Both the position numbers and the translations under genes were made by a program. A stretch of 64,000 nucleotides of DNA from Nitrospirales bacterium (lineage in GTDB: Bacteria > Nitrospirota > Nitrospiria > Nitrospirales > UBA8639), in assembly GCA_963555755.3 (NCBI GenBank), contig OY820905.2, positions 3,552,001 to 3,616,000 on the forward strand, in the 5' to 3' direction. Within the stretch, counting starts at the first letter, position 1, and each line of letters begins with the position of its first letter. Below the pieces are notes generated by a model. It saw only the letters and a list, made by a program, of their open reading frames with translations, searched no databases and had not been told where the DNA came from. Positions 1 through 10,591 of this stretch are shown here, in pieces.

Positions 1-709
1 GGAGCGCAACTACTCTGGCGCATGCCGAAGAGCTTGATCCTTCCAGTTGACAAGCTGTTGGACGATGGCTCGTACCTGAGCCATCTGTATCCCAGTGAAC
101 GCGCCAGAAGAAAGCGAATTGATGGGATCGCCATCAGGGTGATTGAGTATGTCTTACCGCAGGGGCCCAATAGCGAACCGCTGTACCGTCTCGTCACCAC
201 GCTGCTGGATGACCAAGGCGCACCCGCCCAGGACCTGGCTCAACTGTATCACGAGCGCTGGGAGGTGGAATTGGTGTTTGATGAGCTGAAGACGCACCTG
301 AGGCAACGTCGTCGCGTCCTGCGCAGTAAAACGCCAGAGTTGGTGCGTCAAGAGTTCTACGGATGGGTGATGGCCCACTACGCCGTGCGCTGGTTGATGT
401 ATCAAGGGGCCACCCAGGCAGACATCCCTGACCGCACGGTATCTTTTACGGCCACGGTGCAGTTAGTGCGTCGAACCCTGCCCCAATCTGGGGCCCTTCC
501 CCCCTGAGCGCCAAAAAACATGGTATCGGCTGCTGTTTGAGGCGACGGCGAAACTGTTGTGTGAATCCAGTCGTGGAAAAATCAAGCCGAGGATGGTGAA
601 ACGCCGAAACTCTCCATACGCACCGTACAAACGTCCGAGACCGCCCGTTGCGCAAATTGACTGGACACCATCCATCAAACCACCGAAGATATCTAAGTGA
701 ACAGTATTG
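1..709 (+). mobile_element. IS4-family element, right part (truncated by window start)
   Basis: IS4-type transposase C-terminus (Y..RW.VE..F.ELK motif); ends in CTAAGTGAACAGTATTG (reverse complement CAATACTGTTCACTTAG, an IS4-like terminal IR). Confidence 0.8.
22..700 (+). CDS. IS4-family transposase, 5'-partial; ORF 22-507 plus a +1-frame tail 503-700
   Basis: ORF LYHERWEVELVFDELKTH stops at CCC-TGA (505-507); the +1 frame continues ERQKTW...KPRMVKRR...ISK* to 700. Confidence 0.75.
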
Positions 710-714
710 AGACC

Positions 715-750
715 TGACCCCCAACATGACCCCCAACATGACCCCCAACA
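715..750. repeat. 3x 12-bp tandem repeat TGACCCCCAACA
   Basis: Read directly, just outside the IS end. Confidence 0.85.
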
Positions 751-1302
751 CAGCGTCGTCCCCTATAAATCAACGGATTGTCTCGAGGCGAATTGTGTGT
801 TCAGGGTGGAGTTTCGTTAAGTTGACAATACCGACCATGTTATTTGGGTGCAGACCTCGTACAGTGGCGACAGAGGCTATTGATGATACCGTGGTAGAAT
901 GATACTACGTAAATATGCCTAGTATTCAGATTTTGAAAAAATTGCACGTATGCTACGAGGGGGCCGGTCTTTGAGCACCGAACGAAACAATTGTGGGATC
1001 GACTTTCTGCAGGAGCAAATTTCGGGGCTATTAAGCAGTTACCCTGGTCCCAGTTTTGCTCCCAGTTCACTCCCAGTTTTGCTCCCAGTTCGGGATCTAT
1101 CGCGATCGCACTTAATCGTACCTTAAAGACGCGATTCCCTTTTATTGACGAGGGGATTGTCGCACTGTATCTTACGCAATCATTCTGAGTCTTCAATGGC
1201 CTTCCTAGGACTTCTTTGCTGATTCTCTACCCAGGGTTGCAGGAGCACAGAAGGTCCCCTATAATTTCTATCCGTAGGACCTTTCAGGAAGGATTGATCC
1301 CC

Positions 1303-1617
1303 ATGAGTACGCTGCCTTTATCATTTCGGCTGAGAAATGCCGTGGTCGAGAGACATCAATTGGAAGGGATGGACCCGAGTGCGCGGTATTTCAATCGAAC
1401 CATTTCCGTGAAACGGGTCGATCGCGGGTATTCCGGCAAAGTGATGTATGAAGCCTTAGAACGCGAAAGCGGCGTGTTCCCCACGGTCTCCGAGGCGCTG
1501 ACCGAAGTTGTCAAGATGTTTCACGACTTGGGATTCATTGAAATGCGTACTCGGTTGAATTTTAAAGGCCAGAAATATTTGGCGGAAAAAGAATCATGGG
1601 TGGAATACTCAAACTGA
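1303..1617 (+). CDS. hypothetical protein (~104 aa)
   Basis: ATG at 1303 after an AAGGA RBS; protein-like sequence MSTLPLSFRLRNAVVERHQLEG. Confidence 0.7.
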   Translation: MSTLPLSFRLRNAVVERHQLEGMDPSARYFNRTISVKRVDRGYSGKVMYEALERESGVFPTVSEALTEVVKMFHDLGFIEMRTRLNFKGQKYLAEKESWVEYSN

Positions 1618-1680
1618 CCCTCACACGAACTCTTCTTTTCAATCCTCTCGTATTGTCACACCATTGCGGCTCAGGTATTT

Positions 1681-1802
1681 AGGCTGAAGACTGAAGGCTA
1701 TCTCATAATGCCCGAAGTGTTGAATGCTCACGCCTGACTGGCCCCTATAGTCTTCAGCCTTCAGCCTTCAGCCTTCAGTCTTCGGCCTTCAGCCTTCGGC
1801 CT
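1681..1802. repeat. heptamer (TTCAGCC/TTCAGTC) tandem array with inverted GGCTGAA copies upstream
   Basis: AGGCTGAAGACTGAAGGCT ... CTTCAGCCTTCAGCCTTCAGCCTTCAGTC between convergent genes. Confidence 0.8.
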
Positions 1803-1834
1803 TGAGTCTGTCCACCTGAGTAAAGACGTGCCCC

Positions 1835-2962
1835 TTAATTTCCACTTCCAAATTCTTCGCCCACCAGGTCGTGTAGTTTGGGACGAAAGTCTTTGATCTG
1901 TTTATTCGCTCGCGTGGGATGGACTCGGTTCGATAACAGAATGACTTCCAATTCCCGGACAGGATCAATCCACAAGGACGTTCCGGCATAACCCAGATGC
2001 CCAAACGATTCTGGCGAAAAGTGGCGGCCGGATGAAGACGGCCGCGACGGCGTATCCCATCCCAACGCCCAACTCGAGGTGCCAGAGGAATCCTGGCGCC
2101 GGACAAACTGTTGAGCCAGATCAGGGGGAAGCCGCGAGGAACGCCCTAACACCGCCTGTAGCCACGCTCCAGAAACTTGGCTCACACTCAACGCCGTACC
2201 AAATAATCCTGCATGCCCTGCTATGCCGCCCAAGGCATAGGCGTTTTCATCATGCACATCCGCCTGCACAAGCCGACCTCGCCATGGATCGTGTTCAGTC
2301 GGCGCGACATGGGTAAGGTCGCCATCCCCGCCTGCGGGATGTCCTTCAGTATCGATAAAAAACAACGGATTGCTGTTGAGCGTTTCATAGATCCGATTGC
2401 GACAATACGCAGCCAGCGAAGATCCAACACATCGTTCGATCACGACACCCAACACGATGAATCCCAGATCGCTGTACACACTGTGATTGTCAGGCTCATA
2501 CTCCAGTGCCTCCCCCGCAATGGTTCGCACAAGGCCTTGTATTCTTTCTTGTCGTTCGTTCCCATTTTTGGGGGACAACCCCGCCGGAGACAATGTCTTG
2601 TAATACGGTCGCCAAGCAGGGAGCCCTGAACTGTGATGAAGGAGTTGCCGAATGGTGGTGGCCTGATACGAAGTGGATTCCCACTCGCTGATCCATTCCT
2701 GAACCGGTTGGTCAAGATCCAGTTGCCCATCTTGCAGAAGACACAAGATGGCTGTGGTTGTCGCCAAAGGTTTGGTGAGGGAGGCTAGATCGTAAATGGT
2801 TTCAGTCAGAACCGGACAATCATACGGTGGATGTCCCATGTGCCCGACGGCGTGATGATACACGACCTCGCTATGGGAACGGACAAAGAGCACGGCTCCG
2901 GGGAACACCCCCTCGCGAACCGCTTCCTGAAGAAATGGGGTAATGGAATCAGCCCGACTCAT
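1835..2962 (-). CDS. serine hydrolase, beta-lactamase class C/PBP-like family
   Basis: ASLTK (SxxK), YSD, LLHHSSGL, VHDENA, FGHLGYAG motifs. Confidence 0.9.
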   Translation of the reverse strand: MSRADSITPFLQEAVREGVFPGAVLFVRSHSEVVYHHAVGHMGHPPYDCPVLTETIYDLASLTKPLATTTAILCLLQDGQLDLDQPVQEWISEWESTSYQATTIRQLLHHSSGLPAWRPYYKTLSPAGLSPKNGNERQERIQGLVRTIAGEALEYEPDNHSVYSDLGFIVLGVVIERCVGSSLAAYCRNRIYETLNSNPLFFIDTEGHPAGGDGDLTHVAPTEHDPWRGRLVQADVHDENAYALGGIAGHAGLFGTALSVSQVSGAWLQAVLGRSSRLPPDLAQQFVRRQDSSGTSSWALGWDTPSRPSSSGRHFSPESFGHLGYAGTSLWIDPVRELEVILLSNRVHPTRANKQIKDFRPKLHDLVGEEFGSGN

Positions 2963-2995
2963 TCGCGCAGAGCCATAACAAAGCATTCAACGAAG

Positions 2996-3161
2996 CAGGA
3001 TGTTGAAAAAGGTCCATTGTCTGACCCACCCAACCCAGGCGCGCCAAGACGCGCCCTTCCACGGGCAAGGCCGCAGGCCATTTGGCGCGCGGAGCGTACT
3101 CATAGTACGTGAGCACGACAAAGGGCCGAGAACGCCGCTGGCGGCCTTTTGCAACATCCTG
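2996..3161. mobile_element. MITE family A (TIR (C/A)TGTTGAAAAA)
   Basis: CAGGATGTTGAAAAAGG...CCTTTTGCAACATCCTG; internal CGTACTCATAGTACG hairpin; about 12 related copies in the window. Confidence 0.8.
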
Positions 3162-3166
3162 CCAGG

Positions 3167-3463
3167 TTAGTTCAATCGCATGCCAATATCCCGTATGGTC
3201 TCGACCACGGCATATTGTAGAAATATGATGAGGAGAATCGCCAGAATGGGTGAGACATCCATCCCTCCGATGATACCCACCCGTCGCCGTATCGTGTACA
3301 GCACAGGATCTGTGGCGCGTCCTAAAAATTGGATAATTGGATTATACGGATCCGGGTTCACCCAGGAAATAACTGCTCGAATAATGATCAACCACATGTA
3401 CAGAAACAATACGGTATCTAAGACATACGCAACACCCTGCAAAATGTTTCCAATCGCAAACAT
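3167..3463 (-). CDS. yggT: YggT family membrane protein
   Basis: YMWLIIIRAVISWVNPDPYNP...TDPVL...GGMDVSP; GAGGAG RBS. Confidence 0.93.
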   Translation of the reverse strand: MFAIGNILQGVAYVLDTVLFLYMWLIIIRAVISWVNPDPYNPIIQFLGRATDPVLYTIRRRVGIIGGMDVSPILAILLIIFLQYAVVETIRDIGMRLN

Positions 3464-3579
3464 AGGCTCCTCTAGTTCATTTCCGGTCAATCCACTCAGG
3501 TTAGTGAGAGCATTGGACAGCGTCTCTTGACGTTCCTCTGCTTATCGGCAGGTTTTGGCCCAATCTTTCGTCTTTTTTG

Positions 3580-3775
3580 GGGACTGTTGAAAAAAGCCGC
3601 CAGCTGCGTTTTCATTGCTCGAAGGGCTCAACGTACGCAGCGTACGCCTCGCCCTCCTCGCTGCTTGCGGCCTTGCTGGACGGCCTTTTTGAACAGTCCC
3701 GATTCCTATTGTCGTTATAGGTGGTATATCAAAACCAATGGTCAATCGAGGATCTTTCAATTATTCAACAGACCC
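3580..3775. mobile_element. MITE family A, long form (core plus tail ending TTATTCAACAG)
   Basis: Near-identical to 18121-18316. Confidence 0.8.
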
Positions 3776-3795
3776 TTTTTGGCCGAGCTTCCTTA

Positions 3796-4512
3796 TTATG
3801 GCCGGGCTCCGAATAAGGCAGCGCCGACTCGAACAAGAGTTGCCCCTTCCTGAATGGCGATGGGGTAATCATTCGACATGCCCATCGACAATTCCTTCAT
3901 ATCAACGCCAGGAAGGTGAAGAGCGTCAATCTCTTCAGCTAGAATTTTGACCTTTCGGAAATACGGTCGCATGGCTTCTGGGTCTTCCTCCCTGGGAGGG
4001 ATTGCCATCAGTCCATCAACCTTCACATGGCCAAACCTGGCAATTCCGGGTATGGCCTTGAGTAAGTCTGAGGCTGAAAACCCACCTTTCGTGGACTCAT
4101 TCCCTATGTTCACTTGCAACAAGATAGACTGCTGGAGTTGGCGTTCTTCTGCCCGGCGATGGAGCTCTTCGATATGTTCCAGTGACTCAATTGAATGGAT
4201 GACGGAAAATCGCCCAACCATCGATTTCAATTTTCTTCGCTGCACACGGCCAATGAAATGCCAGGTCAACCCCGGTGACGCTCCGATGGCCTCCATTTTG
4301 GCTTGCGCTTCTTGGAGACGATTTTCTCCGCAAATCGTGATGCCAGCGGCAATGGCCTGACGAACACGTTCGGCCTCAACGTACTTTGTCACTGCCACTA
4401 ACTGCACGGTGTGAGGTTCACGTCCGGCTTGCACCATGGCAGCATGAATGCTCTTCAACACAGACTGGACGTTGGCGGCAATATCGGGCATGAGAAGATC
4501 GTGATCCGTCAT
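3796..4512 (-). CDS. yggS: PLP homeostasis protein YggS
   Basis: LVAVTK, GENRLQEA, WHFIG, ELSMGMSNDY, GATLVRVG motifs. Confidence 0.95.
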   Translation of the reverse strand: MTDHDLLMPDIAANVQSVLKSIHAAMVQAGREPHTVQLVAVTKYVEAERVRQAIAAGITICGENRLQEAQAKMEAIGASPGLTWHFIGRVQRRKLKSMVGRFSVIHSIESLEHIEELHRRAEERQLQQSILLQVNIGNESTKGGFSASDLLKAIPGIARFGHVKVDGLMAIPPREEDPEAMRPYFRKVKILAEEIDALHLPGVDMKELSMGMSNDYPIAIQEGATLVRVGAALFGARP

Positions 4513-4595
4513 GCGTGATGCGTGACGCGAAAATAGAACGGATTCTCGTTTTACGCTTCACGGATCACCCCTCACAAGTTTCGCCATTCAGCGAA

Positions 4596-4716
4596 GGGGC
4601 TGTTGAAAAAGGTTGTCCAGCAAGGCCGCAGGCGTTTTGGCGCACGGAGCGTACTCATAGTACGTGAGCACGGCAAAGGGCCGAGAACGCCGCTGGCGGC
4701 CTTTTGCAACAGCCCC
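4596..4716. mobile_element. MITE family A
   Basis: GGGGCTGTTGAAAAAGG...CCTTTTGCAACAGCCCC. Confidence 0.8.
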
Positions 4717-4718
4717 GG

Positions 4719-5480
4719 CTAATTCAGCATGATCCCGCTGACCATCGTCCCATGCACCGTGCCTTCACGCCGATAGGAAAAGAATTGTTCCGGGCGACAG
4801 ATCGTGCACAGATTGAGTGTTTGAATCTGTTCTCGTACGACGCCCGTTTCCAAAGCTTGTCGGCACAACAATTCTTTCAGATCAAATTTCCCAACATGTG
4901 CGCCCTGCATGGTCAACACGGACGCCCAATCAGAGAAGTGCGACTGAAGCGATTCAATCACCGGGCCATCCACTTCATAACAACACGGACCGGCTGATGG
5001 ACCAATCGCCATCTGGATCGATTCAACTGCACACCCAAAGTGCTCAGCCATTCGCTGCAAGGTCTTGGGAACGATGCCATGCACCGCTCCGCGCCATCCT
5101 GCATGGACCATGCCGACAATGCGCTGCTTGGGATCAGCCAGCAACACCGGAACACAATCAGCGGTTCGCACCGTCACCAACAAGTTGGGTTGATTGGTGA
5201 GAATGGCATCCCACCCCTCCGTGAACTTTTCACCAACCTGCACGGGTCGATCCAGGATCAAGACGTCGGTACCGTGAACTTGTTTTACCGAGACGACCTC
5301 TGGAAAGTCCGGTTCCGCGGCCTTCACCGTCCCCAGTTCGCCACTGGATCCACCATAGTCAGGACCACGACGTGTTCCAAAAAAGTGTGTGATCGATCGG
5401 GTCTGTTCTCGAAACCGTGATAACGTGAGATGCGGGACCATCTTCAATTCAGGACCGTGTCGTTCAGCCAAGAGAACCAT
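4719..5480 (-). CDS. pgeF: peptidoglycan editing factor PgeF (YfiH); start 5480 or 5441
   Basis: QVHG, TADCVPVLL, HAGWRG, IGPSAGPCCYEV, FFSYRR. Confidence 0.93.
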   Translation of the reverse strand: MVLLAERHGPELKMVPHLTLSRFREQTRSITHFFGTRRGPDYGGSSGELGTVKAAEPDFPEVVSVKQVHGTDVLILDRPVQVGEKFTEGWDAILTNQPNLLVTVRTADCVPVLLADPKQRIVGMVHAGWRGAVHGIVPKTLQRMAEHFGCAVESIQMAIGPSAGPCCYEVDGPVIESLQSHFSDWASVLTMQGAHVGKFDLKELLCRQALETGVVREQIQTLNLCTICRPEQFFSYRREGTVHGTMVSGIMLN

Positions 5481-5561
5481 CCCTCGTTCCCTCCTTTTCT
5501 CATGGATTCCGCTCGAACATACGTTGAACGGATTTGTGGGTTTTTGTCTGCCCTCCATTTT

Positions 5562-5758
5562 AAATACGAATATCGAAATCCGAAACACATCCGAAATGTC
5601 AAACTCGAATGGTTTAAACGGATCATTCCGAACACATGCTCGCATACCACGGGCACATTCATTCTTCGAAGTTGTACTGACCGTTTCCAGGCATGTGTGT
5701 TATCTCCCATTTTGGCATTTGAATGTGTTTCGGATTTCGACATTCGTCTTTCGGATTT
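5562..5758. repeat. imperfect ~50-bp inverted repeat built of heptamer-like units
   Basis: ACGAATATCGAAATCCGAAACACAT pairs with ATGTGTTTCGGATTTCGACATTCGT. Confidence 0.75.
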
Positions 5759-5783
5759 ATTCCACGGACTTCTACCGGGAACC

Positions 5784-6992
5784 TTAATTTCCCCGTCGTC
5801 GTATGAACGTGGGCACATCCCAGTCTTCATCAACGAGCAAATTCCCTTGATTGGGGATATGGCGACTGGATTCCATTCGACGCATGAACGTTGGCCGATC
5901 CAGATCCGATTCATCGCCTGTCATGGTTGCCGATCGAACAGCAGCCAAGGCCGGTTGTGGTGTCGGCGGCACATACATCGTCGTACGCTCCTGCATGGCT
6001 GGACTGATGACCGGTTGCGGCTTAGCTTTGGGTTCTGGCTGTTCAAATCCCGTCGCGATGACCGTGACCACCACTTCTTCTTCCATGTCAGGATCAATGA
6101 CTTGCCCCACAATAATATTGGCTTGGGGATCCGCGGCTTCTTTGGCGATCTGCGACGCTTCATCCACTTCGTGCAAAGACAAATTGAGGCCACCGGTGAT
6201 GTTCAGCAGCATGCCCTTGGCCCCTTCAACACTACCATCCTCAAGCAACGGACTGGAAATGGCTTGTTTCGCAGCCTCCAACGCCCGATTCGTACCCTTG
6301 GCCACACCCATGCCCATTACGGCTCGACCGGAATATCCCATGATGGTTTGGACATCGGCAAAGTCCACATTGACGAGACCCGGCATGGTAATCACATCAG
6401 TGATTCCCTTGATAGCTTGGCGCAACACATCATCCGCGACTTTATACGCTTCGAGAAGCGGCATGCTTTTGTCCACCAAAGTCAGCAATTTCTGATTGGG
6501 GATGATCAGTAGCGAATCCACGTGACGTCTCAATTCGCGAAGCCCTTCTTCAGCATACCCCATTCGTCGATGTCCTTCATACTGAAACGGTTTCGTCACG
6601 ACCCCGACGGTCAAAATTCCCAATTCCCGGGCAATGCCAGCAACCACCGGTGCACCACCTGTCCCAGTGCCTCCGCCCATGCCCGCCGTGACGAACACCA
6701 TGTCTGCTCCATCCAGCGCTTCCCGAATTTGCGCTTCGCTTTCGATCGCGGCGTCTTTTCCGATTTCGGGTTTGGCCCCCGCGCCCAACCCTCTGGTTCG
6801 TTCCGGACCCAATTGGATTTTGAACGGAGCCGAGGATTGACCCAATGACTGCAGATCGGTATTGGCAATAATAAATTCGACCCTTGTCAATCCGGCTGAC
6901 ATCATCGAATTTACGGCATTGCAACCTGCGCCTCCCATGCCGATCACTTTGATTCGAATGGGAGAAAATTCTTGTTCCTGAAATGAAAACAT
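5784..6992 (-). CDS. ftsZ: cell division protein FtsZ
   Basis: [17 protein letters not shown]-terminal DVPTFIRR. Confidence 0.99.
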   Translation of the reverse strand: MFSFQEQEFSPIRIKVIGMGGAGCNAVNSMMSAGLTRVEFIIANTDLQSLGQSSAPFKIQLGPERTRGLGAGAKPEIGKDAAIESEAQIREALDGADMVFVTAGMGGGTGTGGAPVVAGIARELGILTVGVVTKPFQYEGHRRMGYAEEGLRELRRHVDSLLIIPNQKLLTLVDKSMPLLEAYKVADDVLRQAIKGITDVITMPGLVNVDFADVQTIMGYSGRAVMGMGVAKGTNRALEAAKQAISSPLLEDGSVEGAKGMLLNITGGLNLSLHEVDEASQIAKEAADPQANIIVGQVIDPDMEEEVVVTVIATGFEQPEPKAKPQPVISPAMQERTTMYVPPTPQPALAAVRSATMTGDESDLDRPTFMRRMESSRHIPNQGNLLVDEDWDVPTFIRRRGN

Positions 6993-7160
6993 CGGACGCC
7001 TCCTTTCCCTAAATTCTTGAAGTACAACCTTGCCGTTCTTGTATTCGTTCGATCATCTCTCGTTCGCTTGTCACTACTCCGGTGGAGAGACTGAAGGCCG
7101 AAGGCTTTTAGGGGGCCATCATGCGTGATCATAAAAAACGTCGGGCATTATGAGTAATAA

Positions 7161-7289
7161 CCTTCAGCCTTCAGTCTTTAACCTTCAGCCTTTAACCTTC
7201 AGTCTTCAGTCTTTAACCTTCAGTCTTCAGTCTTTAACCTTCAGTCTTTAACCTTCAGTCTTTAGCCTTCAGCCTTCAGCCTTCAGCCT
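7161..7289. repeat. heptamer tandem array (TTCAGTC/TTTAACC/TTCAGCC) between ftsA and ftsZ
   Basis: About 18 degenerate 7-mers; inverted GACTGAAGGCCGAAGGCT near 7089. Confidence 0.85.
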
Positions 7290-7314
7290 AAATACCTAAG
7301 TAGTTCCGTTCCTC

Positions 7315-8562
7315 TCAAAAAAAGTTCAACACCCACCCTTTCATGCGATCCACCACACTCCCGAATCCGGGGCTACCTTTTCTGCCGCCCGGTTTCCCAA
7401 TTAATTCAAAATCTTGATCCATGCGATTCGCATGCAAAATGAGCCCGACCCCAGTCGAAAACATGGGGTTATTGACGATGTCACGCAAGCCTCCCACGCC
7501 GAAAGGAATGCCTCGCCGCCCGGGAAGATCCAACACACGTTCGGCCGCGTCAGGCATGCCTTGCAGTAACGAGGTGCCACCGGTAATGACCACGCCAGCA
7601 GCCAATTTGCCCTCATATCCGGAACGACGAATCTCTCGAAGGACCAATTCAAAAATCTCCTCGACACGCGGTTCAATGATTTCTGCCACCTCGCGTTTAC
7701 AGAGATCCCGCGAAGGCCGTCCGCCCACACTGGGGACTTCCACCATTTCCGTATCCTTGACCATGCTGGCCAACGCCGAACCGTGGCGGACTTTGATCTT
7801 CTCTGCATCGGCCAATGATGTTCGTAATCCGATTTGTAAATCCCTGGTGAGGTGTTGCCCGCCAACCGGGAGCACCGCTGAATGGCTAATCGTTCCCTCC
7901 GAAAAAATAGCAACATCAGACGTGCCCCCACCGAGATCGACCATGGCGATGCCCAGCTCTTTTTCCTCCTCGGTCAACACCGCTTCACTCGATGCCAGAG
8001 GCTGCAACACGATATCGATCACATCCAGTCCGGCCCGATTGACGCACTTGACCAAATTCTGCGCCGAGGTCACTGCCCCAGTGACAATGTGCACATCGAC
8101 TTCCAAACGCGACCCGGAAATGCCAACCGGCACACGAATGCCTTCTTGATCATCGACGATAAATTCCCGTGGCAGGACGTGGAGAATGCGACGGTCTGAG
8201 GGCACCACCGCCGCGGCACGAGCCGTTTCAATAGCACGCTGAACATCGGCTCGCATCACTTCATGCCGTTTGAGTGCCACCACGCCATTCGCGGTTTCAC
8301 TCGCAATGTGCCCCCCGGCAATGCCAATGTACACGGAATTGATTTGCACGGCAGCCATCAACTCCGCTTCTTCCACGGCTTTTTTGATGGACTCCACCGT
8401 ACTTTCAATATTCACCACTACACCCTTGCGTAACCCTCTGGAGAGACTGGACCCCACCCCAATTATGTTGATCCCTCGGTCATCCGTCACTTCGGCGACG
8501 ATGGCACAGATCTTGGTGGTGCCGATATCCAATCCAACCACAATGTGTTCCTTTTTGGCCAT
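7315..8562 (-). CDS. ftsA: cell division protein FtsA
   Basis: GLDIGTTKI, DLGGGTSD, VVITGG, C-terminal amphipathic helix. Confidence 0.98.
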   Translation of the reverse strand: MAKKEHIVVGLDIGTTKICAIVAEVTDDRGINIIGVGSSLSRGLRKGVVVNIESTVESIKKAVEEAELMAAVQINSVYIGIAGGHIASETANGVVALKRHEVMRADVQRAIETARAAAVVPSDRRILHVLPREFIVDDQEGIRVPVGISGSRLEVDVHIVTGAVTSAQNLVKCVNRAGLDVIDIVLQPLASSEAVLTEEEKELGIAMVDLGGGTSDVAIFSEGTISHSAVLPVGGQHLTRDLQIGLRTSLADAEKIKVRHGSALASMVKDTEMVEVPSVGGRPSRDLCKREVAEIIEPRVEEIFELVLREIRRSGYEGKLAAGVVITGGTSLLQGMPDAAERVLDLPGRRGIPFGVGGLRDIVNNPMFSTGVGLILHANRMDQDFELIGKPGGRKGSPGFGSVVDRMKGWVLNFF

Positions 8563-8582
8563 GATGCTTGGTTACCCCCTCT

Positions 8583-8760
8583 GGACCTGAGAGAAAATAC
8601 CTTGGACATCTCGCATCCAATCTTCGGGCCATCTTTGAACGGACCTCAACCGAAACACTCTCAACATAGCTGTGCTATGCCTCGGGTTTCCCCAATCGTT
8701 CCATCCAAATCTGACCCAAATCTTGGCGCGATATTGTCCAAGTTGTTTTCTCTCAGGTCC
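8583..8760. mobile_element. MITE family E (TIR GGACCTGAGAGAAAA...CTTGGACA)
   Basis: ~27-bp TIRs; homologous to 52367-52713 and 55658-56003; overlaps the ftsQ stop. Confidence 0.8.
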
Positions 8761-9523
8761 TTTGCCGAACAATTACTCGGTCTGAATATCGTAAATCGAT
8801 TTCATACGGTTCCGTTAGTAACCCCGCCTGGATCGTTGACTCCAACGCCAGATACTGTGGCCATGCCTGTTGAATGTCTTGATTGACTCGAAACGTCACG
8901 TCCTCGGTCGCAGCCACGATTTCATTCGGATCACGAAGATCAATATGTAATGGCCCGAGAAATCGTTCCGCAATGAGCCTGGCTACCGTCACCCCCAATC
9001 GAGCCCGATCTCGCGTCGTCGGTTCCCCTTCCAACAATCGAATGGCGGAAAGGCCAGAGAACATCGGCAATCCTGAGATGCCATCATCAGGTGCAATCGA
9101 CAAGACCACGCCATCCTGATCCACAAACAATTGGCCACCCGCATGCTGAAATGCAGCAGCAGGTTCCCGTTCATGGATCACCACCGCTAAGGTATGAGGA
9201 AGCGCCCGTCCCACTGATACCGAGGCAATCCGCGGATGGGCTACAAGGCGTTGTTGCAACGCGATTGGATCAATCGTCCACAGGCTGCTCTCCGGAGGAA
9301 GGGCTAAGAGCGAAAGAATTTCTCCGCGCTTCATAAACTTCACACCGGAAATAGACACATGCTGAATCGAGGTCCATCCTGCAATGGCTTGCGGCACCAG
9401 ATGATAACTTGCAAGCCCCACCGACAGCATGACCCCAAACATAACCATGCGACGCCACCATGCTTTTCGATCCACCGCCGCGCGGCTGGATTGATTACTC
9501 TTGAGCGAATGACGTCGCCTCAT
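8753..9523 (-). CDS. ftsQ: cell division protein FtsQ/DivIB
   Basis: N-terminal TM, POTRA region, C-terminal IDLRYSDRVIV; between ddl and ftsA. Confidence 0.9.
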   Translation of the reverse strand: MRRRHSLKSNQSSRAAVDRKAWWRRMVMFGVMLSVGLASYHLVPQAIAGWTSIQHVSISGVKFMKRGEILSLLALPPESSLWTIDPIALQQRLVAHPRIASVSVGRALPHTLAVVIHEREPAAAFQHAGGQLFVDQDGVVLSIAPDDGISGLPMFSGLSAIRLLEGEPTTRDRARLGVTVARLIAERFLGPLHIDLRDPNEIVAATEDVTFRVNQDIQQAWPQYLALESTIQAGLLTEPYEIDLRYSDRVIVRQRT

Positions 9524-10485
9524 TTCCTCTTTCCTTTTGACTGGGACTTCTTGGCAATCTGCGTTCTCGTTGACTGTCGCTTGAGCGCGGATTGGAGAAT
9601 TCGCTCGGTCAATGATTCATAATTTATCCCGGCCTGAGCCGCGGCCATGGGCAACAGGCTGCGTGCTGTCATGCCGGGGATCGTATTGATTTCTAAAAAA
9701 AACGGCCGGCCTTTGGAATTGAGACGAAAATCAACACGGGCCGCGCCTTCACATCCCAAGACTTGGTAGGAACGTACGGCCAATTCCTTCACTTGATGAT
9801 CCTGTGTTTTCGTCAATGGTGCGGGACACAGATACCGTGTTTCCGATTTTTCATATTTCGCCGCGTAGTCATAAAAACCTCCTGGAGCCACAATTTCCAC
9901 GCTAGGCAAGGCCTTCCCATCTAACACGGACACCGCGATTTCTCGCCCATCAATAAACGTCTCCACGACAATGGCCGATCCTTGTCGCCAGGCACGCCGA
10001 AGGGCACTCTTCCACTGTGCCGGCGTATGAACGATAGAAACCCCGACCGTTGATCCCTGATCAACAGGTTTCACCACCAAAGGCCATTTCAATTTTTTGG
10101 GTGGCATGGCGCCTTGCCCTTTTCGAATGCACGTACCTGTGGCGACGGGCACACCTTCTCGTTCGACCAAAATTTTCGTCATCGACTTATCCATTCCAAC
10201 AGCGCTGGCTCGAACACCAGATCCCGTGTAGGGAATTCCGAGTACGTCCAACAAGCCTTGAACTGTTCCATCCTCACCACCAGGACCATGCAGAGCGAGA
10301 AACGCAACATCGATCTTCTTATTTCTGAGCACCCAGGGTAGGGACGCGTCAACATCAATCATGGTGGCTCGATACCCGCGCTGCACCAGCGCCGCATAAA
10401 TGGCCTTGCCGGTTTTGAGGGAAATCTCACGTTCAGCGGAAGCTCCACCCATGAGGACTCCAATGTGGGCGTTCGTTAATGGCAT
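9520..10485 (-). CDS. ddl: D-alanine--D-alanine ligase
   Basis: GGASAEREIS, LHGPGGEDG, FYDYAAKY, EINTIPG. Confidence 0.97.
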   Translation of the reverse strand: MPLTNAHIGVLMGGASAEREISLKTGKAIYAALVQRGYRATMIDVDASLPWVLRNKKIDVAFLALHGPGGEDGTVQGLLDVLGIPYTGSGVRASAVGMDKSMTKILVEREGVPVATGTCIRKGQGAMPPKKLKWPLVVKPVDQGSTVGVSIVHTPAQWKSALRRAWRQGSAIVVETFIDGREIAVSVLDGKALPSVEIVAPGGFYDYAAKYEKSETRYLCPAPLTKTQDHQVKELAVRSYQVLGCEGAARVDFRLNSKGRPFFLEINTIPGMTARSLLPMAAAQAGINYESLTERILQSALKRQSTRTQIAKKSQSKGKRK

Positions 10486-10498
10486 ATCTTCTTCATTT

Positions 10499-10590
10499 CG
10501 TGATGCGTAATCCGTGATGCGTGATGCGTGATGCGTAAAAAAAGAAGTTTTCTTGTCCTACGCTTCACGCATCACGCATTACGCTTCACG
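10499..10590. repeat. heptamer-based hairpin (TGCGTGA)n...(TCACGCA)n
   Basis: Related hairpins at ~4500-4570 and ~57715-57870. Confidence 0.8.
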
Positions 10591-10591
10591 T

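Noticed and set aside
840..1196. ORFs around the CCCAGTTTTGCT short repeats
   Set aside because: No motifs or RBS; probably intergenic DNA with a short degenerate repeat.
5430..6512. 360-aa ORF on the + strand
   Set aside because: Antisense to ftsZ and intergenic repeats.
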